Part shown: positions 1-10,870 of the stretch, piece after piece | How the letters are laid out: each line of letters begins with the position of its first letter | Position numbering within the stretch: the first letter of the stretch is position 1 | Assembly (NCBI GenBank): GCA_963823035.1 | Contig: CAWGKG010000007.1 | Span: forward strand, 64,001 to 128,000 | Length of the DNA stretch: 64,000 nucleotides | Source: an uncultured Gemmatimonadales bacterium | GTDB lineage: Bacteria > Gemmatimonadota > Gemmatimonadetes > Longimicrobiales > Gaopeijiaceae | Direction: 5' to 3' | The notes under the pieces: model-generated | Seen by the model: only the letters and a program-made list of their open reading frames with translations | Databases searched by the model: none | What the model was told of the DNA's origin: nothing | Made by a program: the position numbers and the translations under genes

Positions 1-1595
1 ACCGAGAGCCCACGGTGCTCCAGCTCCCGGCGCACGAGGGCGGCCAGTTCCTCCGTCCGCTTCGGGTGGACGGCCACCACGTGCAGGTGGTCGGGTTCCA
101 CCCCCATCCCGAGGAGGATGGGCTCCAGCTTCGCGTCGGTGAGCACGGTCGGCTGCTGCCCCGTCATCGCCACGGTACTGTTGTCGAGGATGATGACGGT
201 CATGTCGCTGTCATGCGCGACCGCGTCCGCCAGCCCGGTGAGGCCCGAGTGCAGGAAGGTCGAGTCGCCCACGATGGCGATCGTCGGCCCAGCGCCCGCG
301 TCCGAGGCGCCCTTCGCCATCCCCACGGAGGCGCCCATGCACACGCACGACTCCAGCGCGCCGTAGGGCGGGAGGGCGCCGAGCGTGTAGCAGCCGATGT
401 CGCCGGCCGCCACCGCGCCCCCGTATCCGTCCAGCGCCATGCGGATCGCCCCGAACGCGTCGCGGTGCGGACAGCCCGGGCAGAGCTGCGGCGGCCGCGC
501 GGGTAGCGCCATCGGCGGCGCGACCTGCGGGTGGGCGGGGAGCCCGAGCGCCGCGCGCACCGAGTCCGGGGTCAGCTCGCCCGCGAGGGGGACGTGGCCC
601 GACTCCTTCCCGTGCACGGGCACCGGCGCCCCGAACACGCCGCGCAGGCGGCTCTCCAGGAACGGATAGCCCTCCTCGAGCACCAGGATCCGGTCGACCT
701 TCCCGGCCAGGGCGCGCAGCGCGCCCGTGGGTGCGGGGTAGGCGCCCACGTGCACGTGCGGGACCGGGCCCCTCAGCTCGGGGAGGGCCTCCTCGAGGTA
801 GTTCCTGGCGATCCCGGTGGTGACGACGCCCAGCGGGGAACGCTCCTCCGGGAGGCGCGTGCGTACCCACCTGGACGCCTCGACCCACGCGTGGACGGCG
901 GGCTGGGCGTCGAGGAGCGCCTGCCAGAGTCGGCGGGCGTTGCCGGGGAGGAGCGTCCAGTCGCGGGCGTCGCCGAACTTGCGGGCCTCTCCGTGCGTCT
1001 CGGGCTCGGAGCCCACGACCTCCGCACGCCCGTGGCAGATGCGCGTCACCAGCCTCACCATCACCGGCACGCTGAAGCGCTCGGAGAGGGCGAAGGCCTC
1101 GCGCGTCATGTCGTACGCCTCCTGCTGCGTGGCCGGCTCGAGGCACGGCACGCGCGCGAAGTCGGCGAGGACGCGGGAGTCCTGCTCGTTCTGGGAGCTG
1201 TGCATCCCGGGATCGTCCGCCACCACGAGCACCAGCCCGCCGTGGATCCGCACCAGAGCCGAGTTCACGAAGGGGTCCATCGCGACGTTCAACCCCACGT
1301 GCTTCATCGTCACGAGCGCGCGCATGCCCACCATCGACGCGCCGAGCGCCTGCTCGTACGCCGTCTTCTCGTTGGTGCACCAGTGTGCGGTGATGCCGTG
1401 CTCGTCGGCCTGGGGAAGGATCGCCTCGAAGATCTCGGTGGACGGAGTACCGGGGTACGCATAGGCCGACGAGATGCCGGCATGAACGGCGGCGAGAGCC
1501 ACGGCCTCGTCGCCGAGAAGGAGCGGAGGACGGACCGTCGCGGCGGGGCTGGGCCCGCGTCGCTTCGGTGGGTCCTGGAGAATTCCTTTGGGCAT
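1..1595 (-). CDS. iorA: Indolepyruvate ferredoxin oxidoreductase alpha subunit (partial, runs off left edge)
   Basis: Manual translation from ATG at 1595 gives MPKGILQDPP...LLLGDEAVALAAVHAGISSAYAYPGTPSTEI..., LCPGCPHR, GDIGCYTLG and the TPP motif IGDSTFLHSG...LDNSTVAMTGQQP. It is absent from the ORF track because there is no stop in the window. Confidence 0.9.
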   Translation of the reverse strand, partial: MPKGILQDPPKRRGPSPAATVRPPLLLGDEAVALAAVHAGISSAYAYPGTPSTEIFEAILPQADEHGITAHWCTNEKTAYEQALGASMVGMRALVTMKHVGLNVAMDPFVNSALVRIHGGLVLVVADDPGMHSSQNEQDSRVLADFARVPCLEPATQQEAYDMTREAFALSERFSVPVMVRLVTRICHGRAEVVGSEPETHGEARKFGDARDWTLLPGNARRLWQALLDAQPAVHAWVEASRWVRTRLPEERSPLGVVTTGIARNYLEEALPELRGPVPHVHVGAYPAPTGALRALAGKVDRILVLEEGYPFLESRLRGVFGAPVPVHGKESGHVPLAGELTPDSVRAALGLPAHPQVAPPMALPARPPQLCPGCPHRDAFGAIRMALDGYGGAVAAGDIGCYTLGALPPYGALESCVCMGASVGMAKGASDAGAGPTIAIVGDSTFLHSGLTGLADAVAHDSDMTVIILDNSTVAMTGQQPTVLTDAKLEPILLGMGVEPDHLHVVAVHPKRTEELAALVRRELEHRGLS

Positions 1596-1758
1596 GGTAT
1601 TCCCATGGAGTGGAACGGGGTATTGGAGTCTAGGCAGAGCGGGACGCGGATTCCGTCGGGAAATCCCTGAAATCGCGGCCCGCCACCCCCCGCGCCCCGG
1701 TTGCGGACAGCCCCGGGGAGCGGCTATTTCGAGGCCTTCCCCGACCCTCGGAGGCCGC

Positions 1759-2754
1759 ATGTCGTCGCGCTTCGCGATCCCCGTCCTGATCGCCCTCTCG
1801 GCGGTGGGCTGCGCAGAGAAGCCCCGCACCGCGGAGGAGGCCGGTGGCGACGCTCCTGCGGTGACGCCGAGGCCCGACGGACTCCCCGAGGGCGCCGAAG
1901 CCCTGTCCTTCCTGGGGGACACGCTCTTCACGCCGGACCTCCCCGAGGACGTCCAGCGCGACCACATGGCGCTCTACATGGAGGCCGAGGACGCCCTGGC
2001 GGAGGCCCCCGAGGACGCGGACGCCCTGATCTGGATGGGTCGTCGTACGGCCTATCTCGGCCGCTACCGCGACGCGATCGACATCTTCACGTTCGCCGCC
2101 GGGCTCCATCCCGAGGACGCGCGCATCTACCGCCACCGCGGGCACCGCTACGTGACCGTCCGGGAGCTGGACGCCGCGATCGCGGACCTGCGTCACGCCG
2201 CCGACCTCACGCGAGGGCAGCCGGACGAGGTCGAGCCGGACGGGCTCCCGAACGCCCGGGGCATCCCCACCAGCACGCTCCAGTTCAACATCTGGTACCA
2301 CCTGGGCCTCGCCTACTACCTGAAGGGAGACTTCGAGGCCGCCGCGGAGGCGTACGCCCACTGCGCCGAGGTCTCCGTGCACCCGGACAGCAAGGTGGCC
2401 ACCGCCTACTGGCGGGTGATGACGCTGCGGCGCCTGGGCCGCGACACCGAGGCGGAGGCCGTGCTCGCCGAGATCACGCCCGACATGGACGTCATCGAGA
2501 GCGGGGGCTACCTGGACATGCTCCTCCTGCACAAGGGGGAGCGCACGCCCGAGGACATCGTGGGCCCGGCGGGCGCGGACGCCACGCTGGAGAGCACGAC
2601 AGCCGGGTACGGCGTGGGGGCGTGGTATCTCCTGAACGGCGACGAGGCCGAGGCCCGACGGCTCTTCGAGCGCACCCTGAGCGGCCGGGACCAGTGGGCC
2701 GCCTTCGGCTACATCGCCGCCGAGGCCGAGCTGGCGCGGATGGGCGAGGGGTGA
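1759..2754 (+). CDS. Tetratricopeptide-repeat lipoprotein
   Basis: ATG after GGAGG; signal peptide with lipobox LSAVGC; TPR-like helices (DALIWMGRRTAYLGRYRDAIDIF, IWYHLGLAYYLKGDFEAAAEAY). Confidence 0.8.
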   Translation: MSSRFAIPVLIALSAVGCAEKPRTAEEAGGDAPAVTPRPDGLPEGAEALSFLGDTLFTPDLPEDVQRDHMALYMEAEDALAEAPEDADALIWMGRRTAYLGRYRDAIDIFTFAAGLHPEDARIYRHRGHRYVTVRELDAAIADLRHAADLTRGQPDEVEPDGLPNARGIPTSTLQFNIWYHLGLAYYLKGDFEAAAEAYAHCAEVSVHPDSKVATAYWRVMTLRRLGRDTEAEAVLAEITPDMDVIESGGYLDMLLLHKGERTPEDIVGPAGADATLESTTAGYGVGAWYLLNGDEAEARRLFERTLSGRDQWAAFGYIAAEAELARMGEG

Positions 2755-3776
2755 GCGAGGCGGGGGAGCGGCCACCGCTAGACGTCGACTTCGAGGCCGC
2801 GCGGGCGGCGGTCACCGGCGTCGTCCGGCGCACCCCGCTGGTGGAGGCCCACGAGCTCTCGCAGGCGCTCGGGCGTACCGTCCTCCTCAAGCTCGAGTCG
2901 CTGCAGGTCACCGGGTCCTTCAAGGCCCGGGGCGCCGCCGCGCGCCTGGCCGCGCTCGACGAGGCCGAGCGACGCGCGGGGGTCGTGGCGTGCTCGAGCG
3001 GCAACCACGGACGGGCGGTCGCGTGGGCCGCGCGCCGCTTCTCCGTCCCCGCGACCGTGTGCGTCCCCACCTGGGTCGACCCGGTCAAGCTCGAGGGGAT
3101 CCGCCGGGAGGGCGCCGAGGCGGTCCTGGCCGGCGCCACCTTCGACGAGGCCGAGACGCATGCCGTCGAGCGGGCCCGCCGCGAGGGACGCACCTACGTG
3201 TCCGCCTACGACGACCCCTGGGTGATCGCAGGGCAGGGCACCCTCGCGCTCGAGGTGCTCGATCAGCTCACGGCCCCCCCGTGCGCGATGCTGGCGCCGC
3301 TATCCGGCGGAGGCCTGATCGGGGGCATCGCGGCCGCGCTCCGCTGGAAGCTCGGCGGCGACGCGCCCCCCGCGGTGGCGGTCTCGGCCGAGCGCGCCCG
3401 CGTGATGCTCGCCAGCCTCGCGGCCGGCCACCCCGTGGAGCTGGCCGAAGAGGATACCGTGGCCAGCGCGCTCTCGGGCGGCATCGGCCTGGACAACCGC
3501 TGGTCCTTCGCCACCGTGCGGGCGCTGGTGGCGGAGCACGTGGTGGTGCGCGAGGAGGAGATCCGCGCCGCGATGGCGTGGGCCTGCTCGGCGCTCCGCC
3601 TGGTCGTGGAGGGAGGTGGGGCCGTCGCCCTCGCGGCGCTCCGGGCCGAACGGTGGGAGCCCGACCCTCGACGTGAAGGGCCGGTCGTGGTCGTGGTCAG
3701 CGGCGGAAACGTGGCCGCCGGCCTCCTCGCGGACGTCCTGGAGGAGGCCGGCGGCGGGTCCCCGGCAGCGCGGTAG
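2751..3776 (+). CDS. PLP-dependent threonine/serine dehydratase family protein (EutB-like)
   Basis: GTGA overlap with the upstream stop; motifs LKLESLQVTGSFKARGA, CSSGNHG, PLSGGGLIGG, VVVSGGN. Confidence 0.88.
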   Translation: MSEAGERPPLDVDFEAARAAVTGVVRRTPLVEAHELSQALGRTVLLKLESLQVTGSFKARGAAARLAALDEAERRAGVVACSSGNHGRAVAWAARRFSVPATVCVPTWVDPVKLEGIRREGAEAVLAGATFDEAETHAVERARREGRTYVSAYDDPWVIAGQGTLALEVLDQLTAPPCAMLAPLSGGGLIGGIAAALRWKLGGDAPPAVAVSAERARVMLASLAAGHPVELAEEDTVASALSGGIGLDNRWSFATVRALVAEHVVVREEEIRAAMAWACSALRLVVEGGGAVALAALRAERWEPDPRREGPVVVVVSGGNVAAGLLADVLEEAGGGSPAAR

Positions 3777-3782
3777 GCCCGC

Positions 3783-5781
3783 TCAGCGCAGCCGCACCAC
3801 GATGATCTGGCCCGGCGAGGGCATGTTCACGCGGATCTGGGCACCCGTCCCGGTACCGTTCGACACGAAGTCGTGGATGCGGATCCCCGACGCGCCCAGC
3901 GGTCCGTCGTACTCCGCGGACTTGAAGGAGACCGTGGGCGTCTCCGTCCCGTTCAACGTGATCGGCCAGGGGAAGTCCCCGGCGGGGTTCGGGTTGGAGA
4001 AGATGCCCGTCGCCGACACGAAGTCGTACGTGAAGAAGGGGCGCGCGGACGACGAAGCCCCGGCCTTGTGCAGCATGATCGTCGTGTAGAACTCGTCGAG
4101 CAGCGTCCGGAACGACTTGCCGGTCTTGCTCACGATCCCGGGCAGGCCTCCCGCCGTCGCGGAATCCGTGAGCGCGCGGAAGAAGTCGGCGTCACCGAGC
4201 GCCGTCTTGTTCGTGTTGCCGTAGGCGTCGCCGAGCCACCGGTGGAAGAGCCACCCCGACCCGTAGATCGAGGCGCCATCCGCCGCTCCGTTCGGGGTGA
4301 CGACGAGTCCGTTGGGCTGGCTGGAGAGGAACCAGACGGCGCGCGCCAGGTTGATCGCGACGCCGTAGTTCTCCTCGGTGATTCCGTTCGAGCCCTGGAA
4401 CGACGCCCGGTTCACCTCCGCGCCCGGAGACGGTCCTCCGTTGGCCGCCCAGGCGATGCGCGACGACATCTCCCCGGAGATCTCCGCCGTTCCCTCCTCG
4501 ATCCACGAGGGGTTGAACTGGTTCGTGTCCGGCGATCCGGATCGTGTAGAGCCCCACCACGTGCTTCATCTCGTGCGCTACCGTCGCGAGGGCCTGGTAG
4601 CCGGGATCGGCGGCGACCATGTCGAGGATCAGGTCGGCGTTGAAGTAGATGATCTCCGCCTCGTTGGAGGCCGGACAGATCTGCACCTGCGGGTCGGTCG
4701 ATGAACGGGGGAAGAAGTCACCCGCCCACACGAAGGCCGCGATGCTGTCGCTCGCCACGGGGGAGACGAAGAGGATGATCTTCCCGTTGCCGTCGATGTC
4801 GCTGGGCTCGCCCCAGTACGACGCGACCATGTCCTTGGCGTAGGAGGTGTAGTAGGACTCCAGCCGCTGCGCGAGGGTGGCGTCGATGCTCTGCGTGCTC
4901 GAGGCGTGCTGGGTGCTATCCTGATAGACGGCGAGATCCTGGTTCTCGTGGACCAGCACCGCGGTCGTCTTCGCCGCGGCAGAGGTCACGCAGGAGCCGG
5001 CGGTCACCGTGTCGATCGTCAGCTTCGCGGGCGAGGCCGCCTGGGGCGCGCGCGTCGGGCCGCCCGGACGCCTCGCCGGAAGCAGCCCGCGCGTTCCGAT
5101 CCTGCGCACCAGCTCGGCCTCACGGGCGCGGAGCTCCAGGTGGAAGCGCTCGGTGGCTTCGGAGATCCGCATCGCCTTCCGGAACGCCTCGTCCGACAGC
5201 CCGGCGATCGGCGAGCGGGGTGCGACCACCGGCGCGGGGGAGGCGGCCTCGGGGGCCGCGCTCACGCCCAGGCCGGTCACGGAGAGCTGCACCTGGCGCA
5301 CCAGGCTCGAGGCCTCGGCCTCCGTGGGCCAGGTCACCCCGACCCGGTAGCGGTCGCCGGCGGCACCCGAGGGGAGGATGATGCAGTCCGCGGCGTCGTA
5401 CACGGCCGACCCGCCGATCGACAGCGACACGGTCTGCGCGTTGTCGCAGGTCTGCTGCGCGGACACGGACACGGCCGAAGATCCCGCCACCCCGGAGATC
5501 GTGGCCGTGATGGCGGCCGTGCCCGATCCCGTGCCGGTCGCCAGGCCGGCGTCGGAGACCGACGCGACGCCGTTGTCCGAGCTCGCCCAGGTGACCGTCA
5601 CGCCCGTCACCGGGTTGCCGCTCGCGTCCTTCGCCGTCGCGGTGAACTGCTGGGTCGCGCCGACCACGATCGAGGCACTCGTGGGGGACACGGTGACCTG
5701 GACGACGTCGGGTCCGGTGGAGTCTCCGCAGGCGGCCAGAACGGCCACGGCGGCGAGGAGGAGCGGACGGTTCCTTTTCAT
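3783..5781 (-). CDS. Ig-like (Big_2) domain lipoprotein with zinc metallopeptidase domain; frameshift near 4540
   Basis: Lipobox LAAC; Ig-like VTVSPTSASIVVGATQQFTATAKD...WASSDNGVASVS; AHEMKH in ORF 4192..5781 continues as PSWIEEGTAEIS in the frame of ORF 3783..4469. Confidence 0.75.
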
Positions 5782-5834
5782 GGTGCCTGTGTGCGCGGAG
5801 GCGGCCGAAGTCGCACCGAGGGTACCCGCCGCAT

Positions 5835-6676
5835 CTACGGCGAGCGTGCACCGCCGTTACCCCGTTCGAGGGCCACCGATCCCGCCCGGGGCCGCCGGGA
5901 CCACGGGTCTCCCGAGGAGGACGGGCAGGAGCTGGCCAGCCGGTCCGTGCACGCTCACGGTCGCGTGCACGGAGAGCGAGCGTGGGCTCCGGGTTCACCT
6001 CCACGAGGGTCCCGCCTCCTCTCAGGGTCGCGAGCGGAATCGAGGCGGCGGGCTGGACCACCGCGCTCGTCCCCACGACGAGACAGACGTCCGCCTCCCC
6101 GGCGAGCGTGAAGGCACGACCGAGCAGGTCCGGGTGCAGCCCCTCGCCGAACCAGACCACGTCGGGGCGGAGGAGCGCGCCGCAGGGCGGGGGGCAGTGC
6201 GGAAGGGAAGCCGCGCTCGTGGCGTCCACCGCCACATCGCGTCCGTCCGTGCGCAGGCCGCAGCGGGTGCACCGGTCCCCGAACAGCGCCCCGTGCAGCG
6301 TGAGCGGAAGGGCCGCTGCGGGATCGCGGCCGCCGGCGGCCGCGACCGCCGCGCGCTCGTGGAGGCCGTCCACGTTCTGCGTGACGATGGCGGCGCGGCC
6401 CGAGAGCGCCAGGCGTGCGAGCGCGTCGTGGCCGGGGTTCGGCACGCACCTCGCGACGACCTCCCGCCGCCACTGGTACCAGCTCCAGACCAGCACGGGG
6501 TCGCGCGCGAACGCCTGGGGCGTGGCCAGCTCTTCCGGGCGGTGGCGTCGCCAGAGACCGTCCTCGCCGCGGAAGGTGGGCACCCCGGACTCGGCCGAGA
6601 TCCCGGCACCGGTCAGTACGAGCACACGCCGCGCCTCCCCGAGCAGGCGACGCGCGGCCTCCAGCGGTGCGGTCAC
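5835..6676 (-). CDS. cobB: NAD-dependent protein deacylase (sirtuin); frameshift near 5980, end approximate
   Basis: Motifs [25 protein letters not shown], zinc Cys pairs, [28 protein letters not shown]. Confidence 0.9.
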
Positions 6677-7042
6677 CCGCGCAGCGCCCTCCAGGCCAGG
6701 AGGGCCCAGGCGGCGAGGAAGCAGAGCCCGCCGAACGGTGTGATGGCCCCCATCCAGCGCTGACCGGAGAGCACGAGGACGTACAGGCTCCCCGAGAAGA
6801 GCACGATGCCCGCGACGAAGAGCCACCCGGCCGCCGTCACCGTGGCGCCGGGCCAGCGCGTCACCGCCCAGGAGGCGGCCAGGAGCGCGAGGGCGTGGTA
6901 GACCTGATAGCGCACGCCCGTCTCGAAGGTGGCCAGGTCCGAGGCTCCCAGGCTCGCCGCGGAGGGCATGCGCGCCGAAGGCTCCCAGGGCAACGCCGAG
7001 GAAGGCGAAGACCGCGCCGAGGCCGAAGAACGTCCTGTCCAT
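6673..7042 (-). CDS. DUF423 (YgdD/TMEM256) small membrane protein; frameshift near 6960
   Basis: [27 protein letters not shown] joins [15 protein letters not shown]...LFSGSLY...GAITPFGG in a second frame. Confidence 0.85.
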
Positions 7043-8767
7043 CACCAGGCCAGCCCGTAGGCCTCGCGGCGGGGATCCGACGCGACGGTGAGGGTTCCGA
7101 GATCGGGCTCCATGCGGATCATCTGGGCTCCTCCGAAGGTGGCCGTCCATCCCTGGACGAGGTGCAACTCGTGGCCCATGGCCGCCAGCTGTTCGCGGAC
7201 GGACGCGGGGACGCGGTCTTCGATCGACACGTTCAGCCCCGAGTTGGAGCGGAAACGCGGCGCCTCGATCGCCTCCTGGGGCGTCATCCCGAAGAGGAGG
7301 AGGTTGTCGACGATCTGCAGGAGCGACTGCGTCTGGCTGTCGCCGCCCGGCGTGCCGAGCGTGAAGGCCAGGCGCCCGTCCCGGAGCGCCATCATCGGCG
7401 TGAGCGTGTGGAAGGGCCGTTTGCCCGGCGCCACCTCGTCGGGATGCCCGTCCCGCAGGTTGAAGAGGGATCCACGGTTCTGGAGGAGCACACCCGTCTC
7501 GGGCTCCAGGAGCCCGGAGCCGAAGCCGGCGAAGTTGCTCTGGATCCACGAGACCGCGTTCCCCTGGGCGTCGACGGCCGTGAGGTAGACCGTGTCGCCC
7601 GAGTCGTCCTGGGTGGAGGGGTCCATCCCGGGCTCGCCCCCGACGCCGGGCTCCACCGACGCCGCGGCATGGGCCGGATCGACGAGCGCGGCACGACCCG
7701 CCAGGTAGGCCGAATCCAGGAGCTGGTCGACCGGGATGTCCGCCTTCTCCGGGTCGGCGACCCAGCGGTCACGGTCGGCGAAGGCGAGCTTCTTCAGCTC
7801 GATGAGCGTGTGGAGATAACGCGAGGTGTTGTGACCCATCTCCTTCAAAGCGAAAGGACTTGGCCATCCCGAACAGCTGGAGCTGGGCCAGCCCCTGCGA
7901 GTTCGGCGGGAAAACCAGCATCTCGTGACCGAGGTAGCTGCCCCGCAGGGGCTCGACCCACGTCGACGCATGGGCCGCGAAGTCGGGCGCGCGCAGGTAG
8001 CCGCCCTCGGCCTCGAGGAAGGCGGAGAGCCGCTCGGCCACCGGGCCCCGGTAGAAGCCGTCCTTCCCCTGGCGCGCGATGCGCTCGAGCGTGGCGGCCA
8101 GGGCCGGGTTCTTCAGGAGGGACCCGACGGCGGGCGGCTCTCCGCCGGGAAGGTAGAGCGCCCGTCCCGCTTCGTTCAGCGATCCGCCCTGCTCACGGAA
8201 GTCTTCGGCCAGCCGCGTGGACACCGGGAAGCCGTCCCGCGCGTAGTGGACGGCCGGCTCGAGCAGCCGCGCGAACGGCAGGGTGCCGAAGCGTTCGTGC
8301 ACGTCGACCCAGGCGGCCACGGCACCCGGGACGCTCACGGACATCGCCCCCGTGGACGGCACCTCGTCCAGCCCCTGGTCGCGGAAGAAGGCCGGCGTGG
8401 CGAGCGCGCCCGCGCGCCCGCTTCCGTTCAGCGCCCACACCCGCCCGGTCGAGGCCTCGTACACCAGGATGAACGCGTCTCCGCCCACACCGTTCATGTG
8501 CGGGCGCACCACGGCCAGGACCCCGGCCATGGCCAGTGCCGCGTCGACGGCGTTGCCTCCCGCCTCCAGCACCCGCAGGCCCTCCTGGGTCGCCAGCGGA
8601 TGGTCGGAGGAGACCCCGCCGCGGGTGCCGCGCACGTCGGGGCGGTTCGTGGCCGGGTAGAAGGGCGCGTCCGCTGCCTCCCGTTCGCGCGGGGGCGCAG
8701 CCTGGCAGGCCGTGCACGAGGCGAGCAGCAGCGTGGTGGCGACGAGACGGCTACGAGGCCGGTTCAT
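7042..8767 (-). CDS. ggt: Gamma-glutamyltransferase family protein; frameshift near 7850
   Basis: GGNAVDAA, GVGGDAF, VSVPGAV, PPNSQG; small-subunit start GDTVYLTAVD, PGKRPFHTL, GTPGGDSQ, SDPRRE. Confidence 0.9.
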
Positions 8768-8976
8768 GGCGGCTCCATGGGGGTTCGTGGGTGTCGGAAC
8801 CCTCAGGTTGGGACCACGGGGCGTGGGGCGCCAGAGGCCCCCGGCGGCATGGTGGTGGCCACGCGCGGGGGGGATTATCCTTCGATCTTCGCCCATCCCC
8901 TCCACCGCGGGCCGACCGGCCGTGTCCGTTGCCCTTCCCACCCGACGACCCGTCGAGCCACCGCCGCCCGAGCGCG

Positions 8977-10131
8977 ATGCGGGTTGCGGTCGTGGTGGCG
9001 TTCGCCCACGGCCTGAACGACGCCTACGCCGCCTTCGTGCCGCCGCTGCTGCCGCGGCTGATGGATCGCCTCGGCCTGTCCATCGCGCTCGCGGCCACGG
9101 TGGCGATGACGTACTCGATCGCCTCGTCGCTCCTGCAGCCCCTCCTGGGCTACCTGGCGGACCGCTACGGGCGGAGGGCCTTCCTGGTGGCGGGGCCGCT
9201 CCTCTCCGGGGTGTTCGTCTCCCTGATCGGGTGGGCGCCCTCCTTCGGGCTGCTGGTGGTCGTGCTCGCTCTCGGCGGTCTGGGGAGCGCGGCCTTCCAC
9301 CCCCCGGGTGCGTCCTACGCGGCCCGCGTGAACGAGGGCAGGGGAAGCGGCGTCCGCTACTCGGTCTTCTCCTTCGGCGGGAGCGCCGGCTACGCCCTGG
9401 GCCCCCTCGTGGCCGTGACGCTGGTGGGGCGGCTCGGCATGGGCGGGCTGTGGGTGGCGATGATCCCGGTGGTGCTCCTCACGCCCTTCTTCTGGGCCAA
9501 CCTCCCCAGTGGGCGGAGCGAGCGGACGGTCCACCTCCCGCCCGGGCCCGCGGAGATCATCCGCCTTCTCGCCGGCCCTCTGGGCCTCGTGTTCGGCGTG
9601 AGCGCGCTGATGGGGTGGGCGCAGCGGGCCTTCCTCACGCTGGAGCCGATCATCGTCGCCCGGGGAGGCGGCTCCGAGGCGCTCGGCGCCGTCGTCCTGA
9701 GCGTCTACCTGGGCGCGCAGGCCGGGGGCACGCTCGTGGGAGGGTACCTCGCGGACCGGATGGACCGGCGTCGACTCCTCGTGGGACTGTGCGCGCTGGC
9801 GCTTCCGGCCCACCTGGTGGCGGTGGGCCTCGCGCCGGGCTCCGCGGGCGCGCTGGCCGGAGCTGCGCTCGCCGGCTTCTTCGGGATGGCGGTCCTCCCG
9901 CCCGTGGTGGTGACCGCCCAGGAGATCCTCCCGCGTGGCGCCGCGGTCGGCTCCGGGATCGTGATGGGGCTCGCCTGGGCGGCCGCGTCCGTAGGCGTGC
10001 TGCTTACGGGCGCCTTCGCGGACGCCGTCGGGCCGCGGGCGGCGGCGCTCGCCACCATGCCCGTGATCCTGGGCGCCGCAGCGCTCGCCGCCCACCCGTC
10101 GATTCGCGCGGCGCGCGCCCTGGAGGCCTGA
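8977..10131 (+). CDS. MFS transporter (Fsr-like)
   Basis: AHGLNDAY, QPLLGYLADRYGRR (motif A), GSAAFHP; about 12 hydrophobic segments. Confidence 0.88.
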   Translation: MRVAVVVAFAHGLNDAYAAFVPPLLPRLMDRLGLSIALAATVAMTYSIASSLLQPLLGYLADRYGRRAFLVAGPLLSGVFVSLIGWAPSFGLLVVVLALGGLGSAAFHPPGASYAARVNEGRGSGVRYSVFSFGGSAGYALGPLVAVTLVGRLGMGGLWVAMIPVVLLTPFFWANLPSGRSERTVHLPPGPAEIIRLLAGPLGLVFGVSALMGWAQRAFLTLEPIIVARGGGSEALGAVVLSVYLGAQAGGTLVGGYLADRMDRRRLLVGLCALALPAHLVAVGLAPGSAGALAGAALAGFFGMAVLPPVVVTAQEILPRGAAVGSGIVMGLAWAAASVGVLLTGAFADAVGPRAAALATMPVILGAAALAAHPSIRAARALEA

Positions 10132-10132
10132 C

Positions 10133-10870
10133 GTGCCCTTCCGGCTCGAGCCCCCCCGCGACCGCACCCTCTTCCGGCTGGTGAAGGGCGCCCAGCCCCT
10201 GTCGCTTCCCAAGGGTCGTCAGCTGTACGCCCCCGGGGACGCGGCGCAGGAGGTCTGGTTGGTGCGGGAGGGCTACGTACGCCTCGTGCTGCCCGGGATG
10301 GAGAAGGGGAAGGGGTTCCGGACGGTGGCGGTCGCGCTCCCCTGGGAGCTGTTCGGAGACGAGGCGCTGACCGCAGGGCACCGGCGCTATGGGGCGCTGG
10401 CCGGAGCCCGGTGCGTCCTGCAGGCGTTGCCGACGGCCGGCGTCCTGCGCGGCCTGAAGACGGCCCGTAGGAGCCTGGACGCCTACCTGGAGGGCGTGGA
10501 GCGCGAGCTGCACCGGCTCCGGCACGCACAGGGGGGCTCCCAGGGGCCCACCGCCGCCCAGCGGCTGGCGGAGGTGCTGCTCGATCTCGGCGAGCGCTGC
10601 GGAGAGCCCGTCGGGCGTGGCATCTGCCTCTCGGAGCGCCTGACCCACCAGGTGATGGCCGACCTCGCCGGCTCCCATCGCGCCACGGTCACGACCCTCC
10701 TCAACGACTGGCTGTACGAGGGAATCCTGTCCAACGACGGGGCCGGACGCCTCGTGCTCGCGCGGCCCGCCGGCCTCTGGTCGCGAGCCGGCTACCGTCC
10801 ACCCGAGGAGCGTGCGGCCCGGGAGCGTCCCCCCGAGGGGCCGCCCAACGCCGCATCCGCGGGTCGTTGA
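10133..10870 (+). CDS. Crp/Fnr family transcriptional regulator
   Basis: cNMP-binding-like N-terminus (LYAPGD..VWLVREGYVRL, ELFGDEAL), QRLAEVLLDL, HTH LTHQVMADLAGSHRATVTTLLNDW. Confidence 0.88.
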   Translation: MPFRLEPPRDRTLFRLVKGAQPLSLPKGRQLYAPGDAAQEVWLVREGYVRLVLPGMEKGKGFRTVAVALPWELFGDEALTAGHRRYGALAGARCVLQALPTAGVLRGLKTARRSLDAYLEGVERELHRLRHAQGGSQGPTAAQRLAEVLLDLGERCGEPVGRGICLSERLTHQVMADLAGSHRATVTTLLNDWLYEGILSNDGAGRLVLARPAGLWSRAGYRPPEERAARERPPEGPPNAASAGR

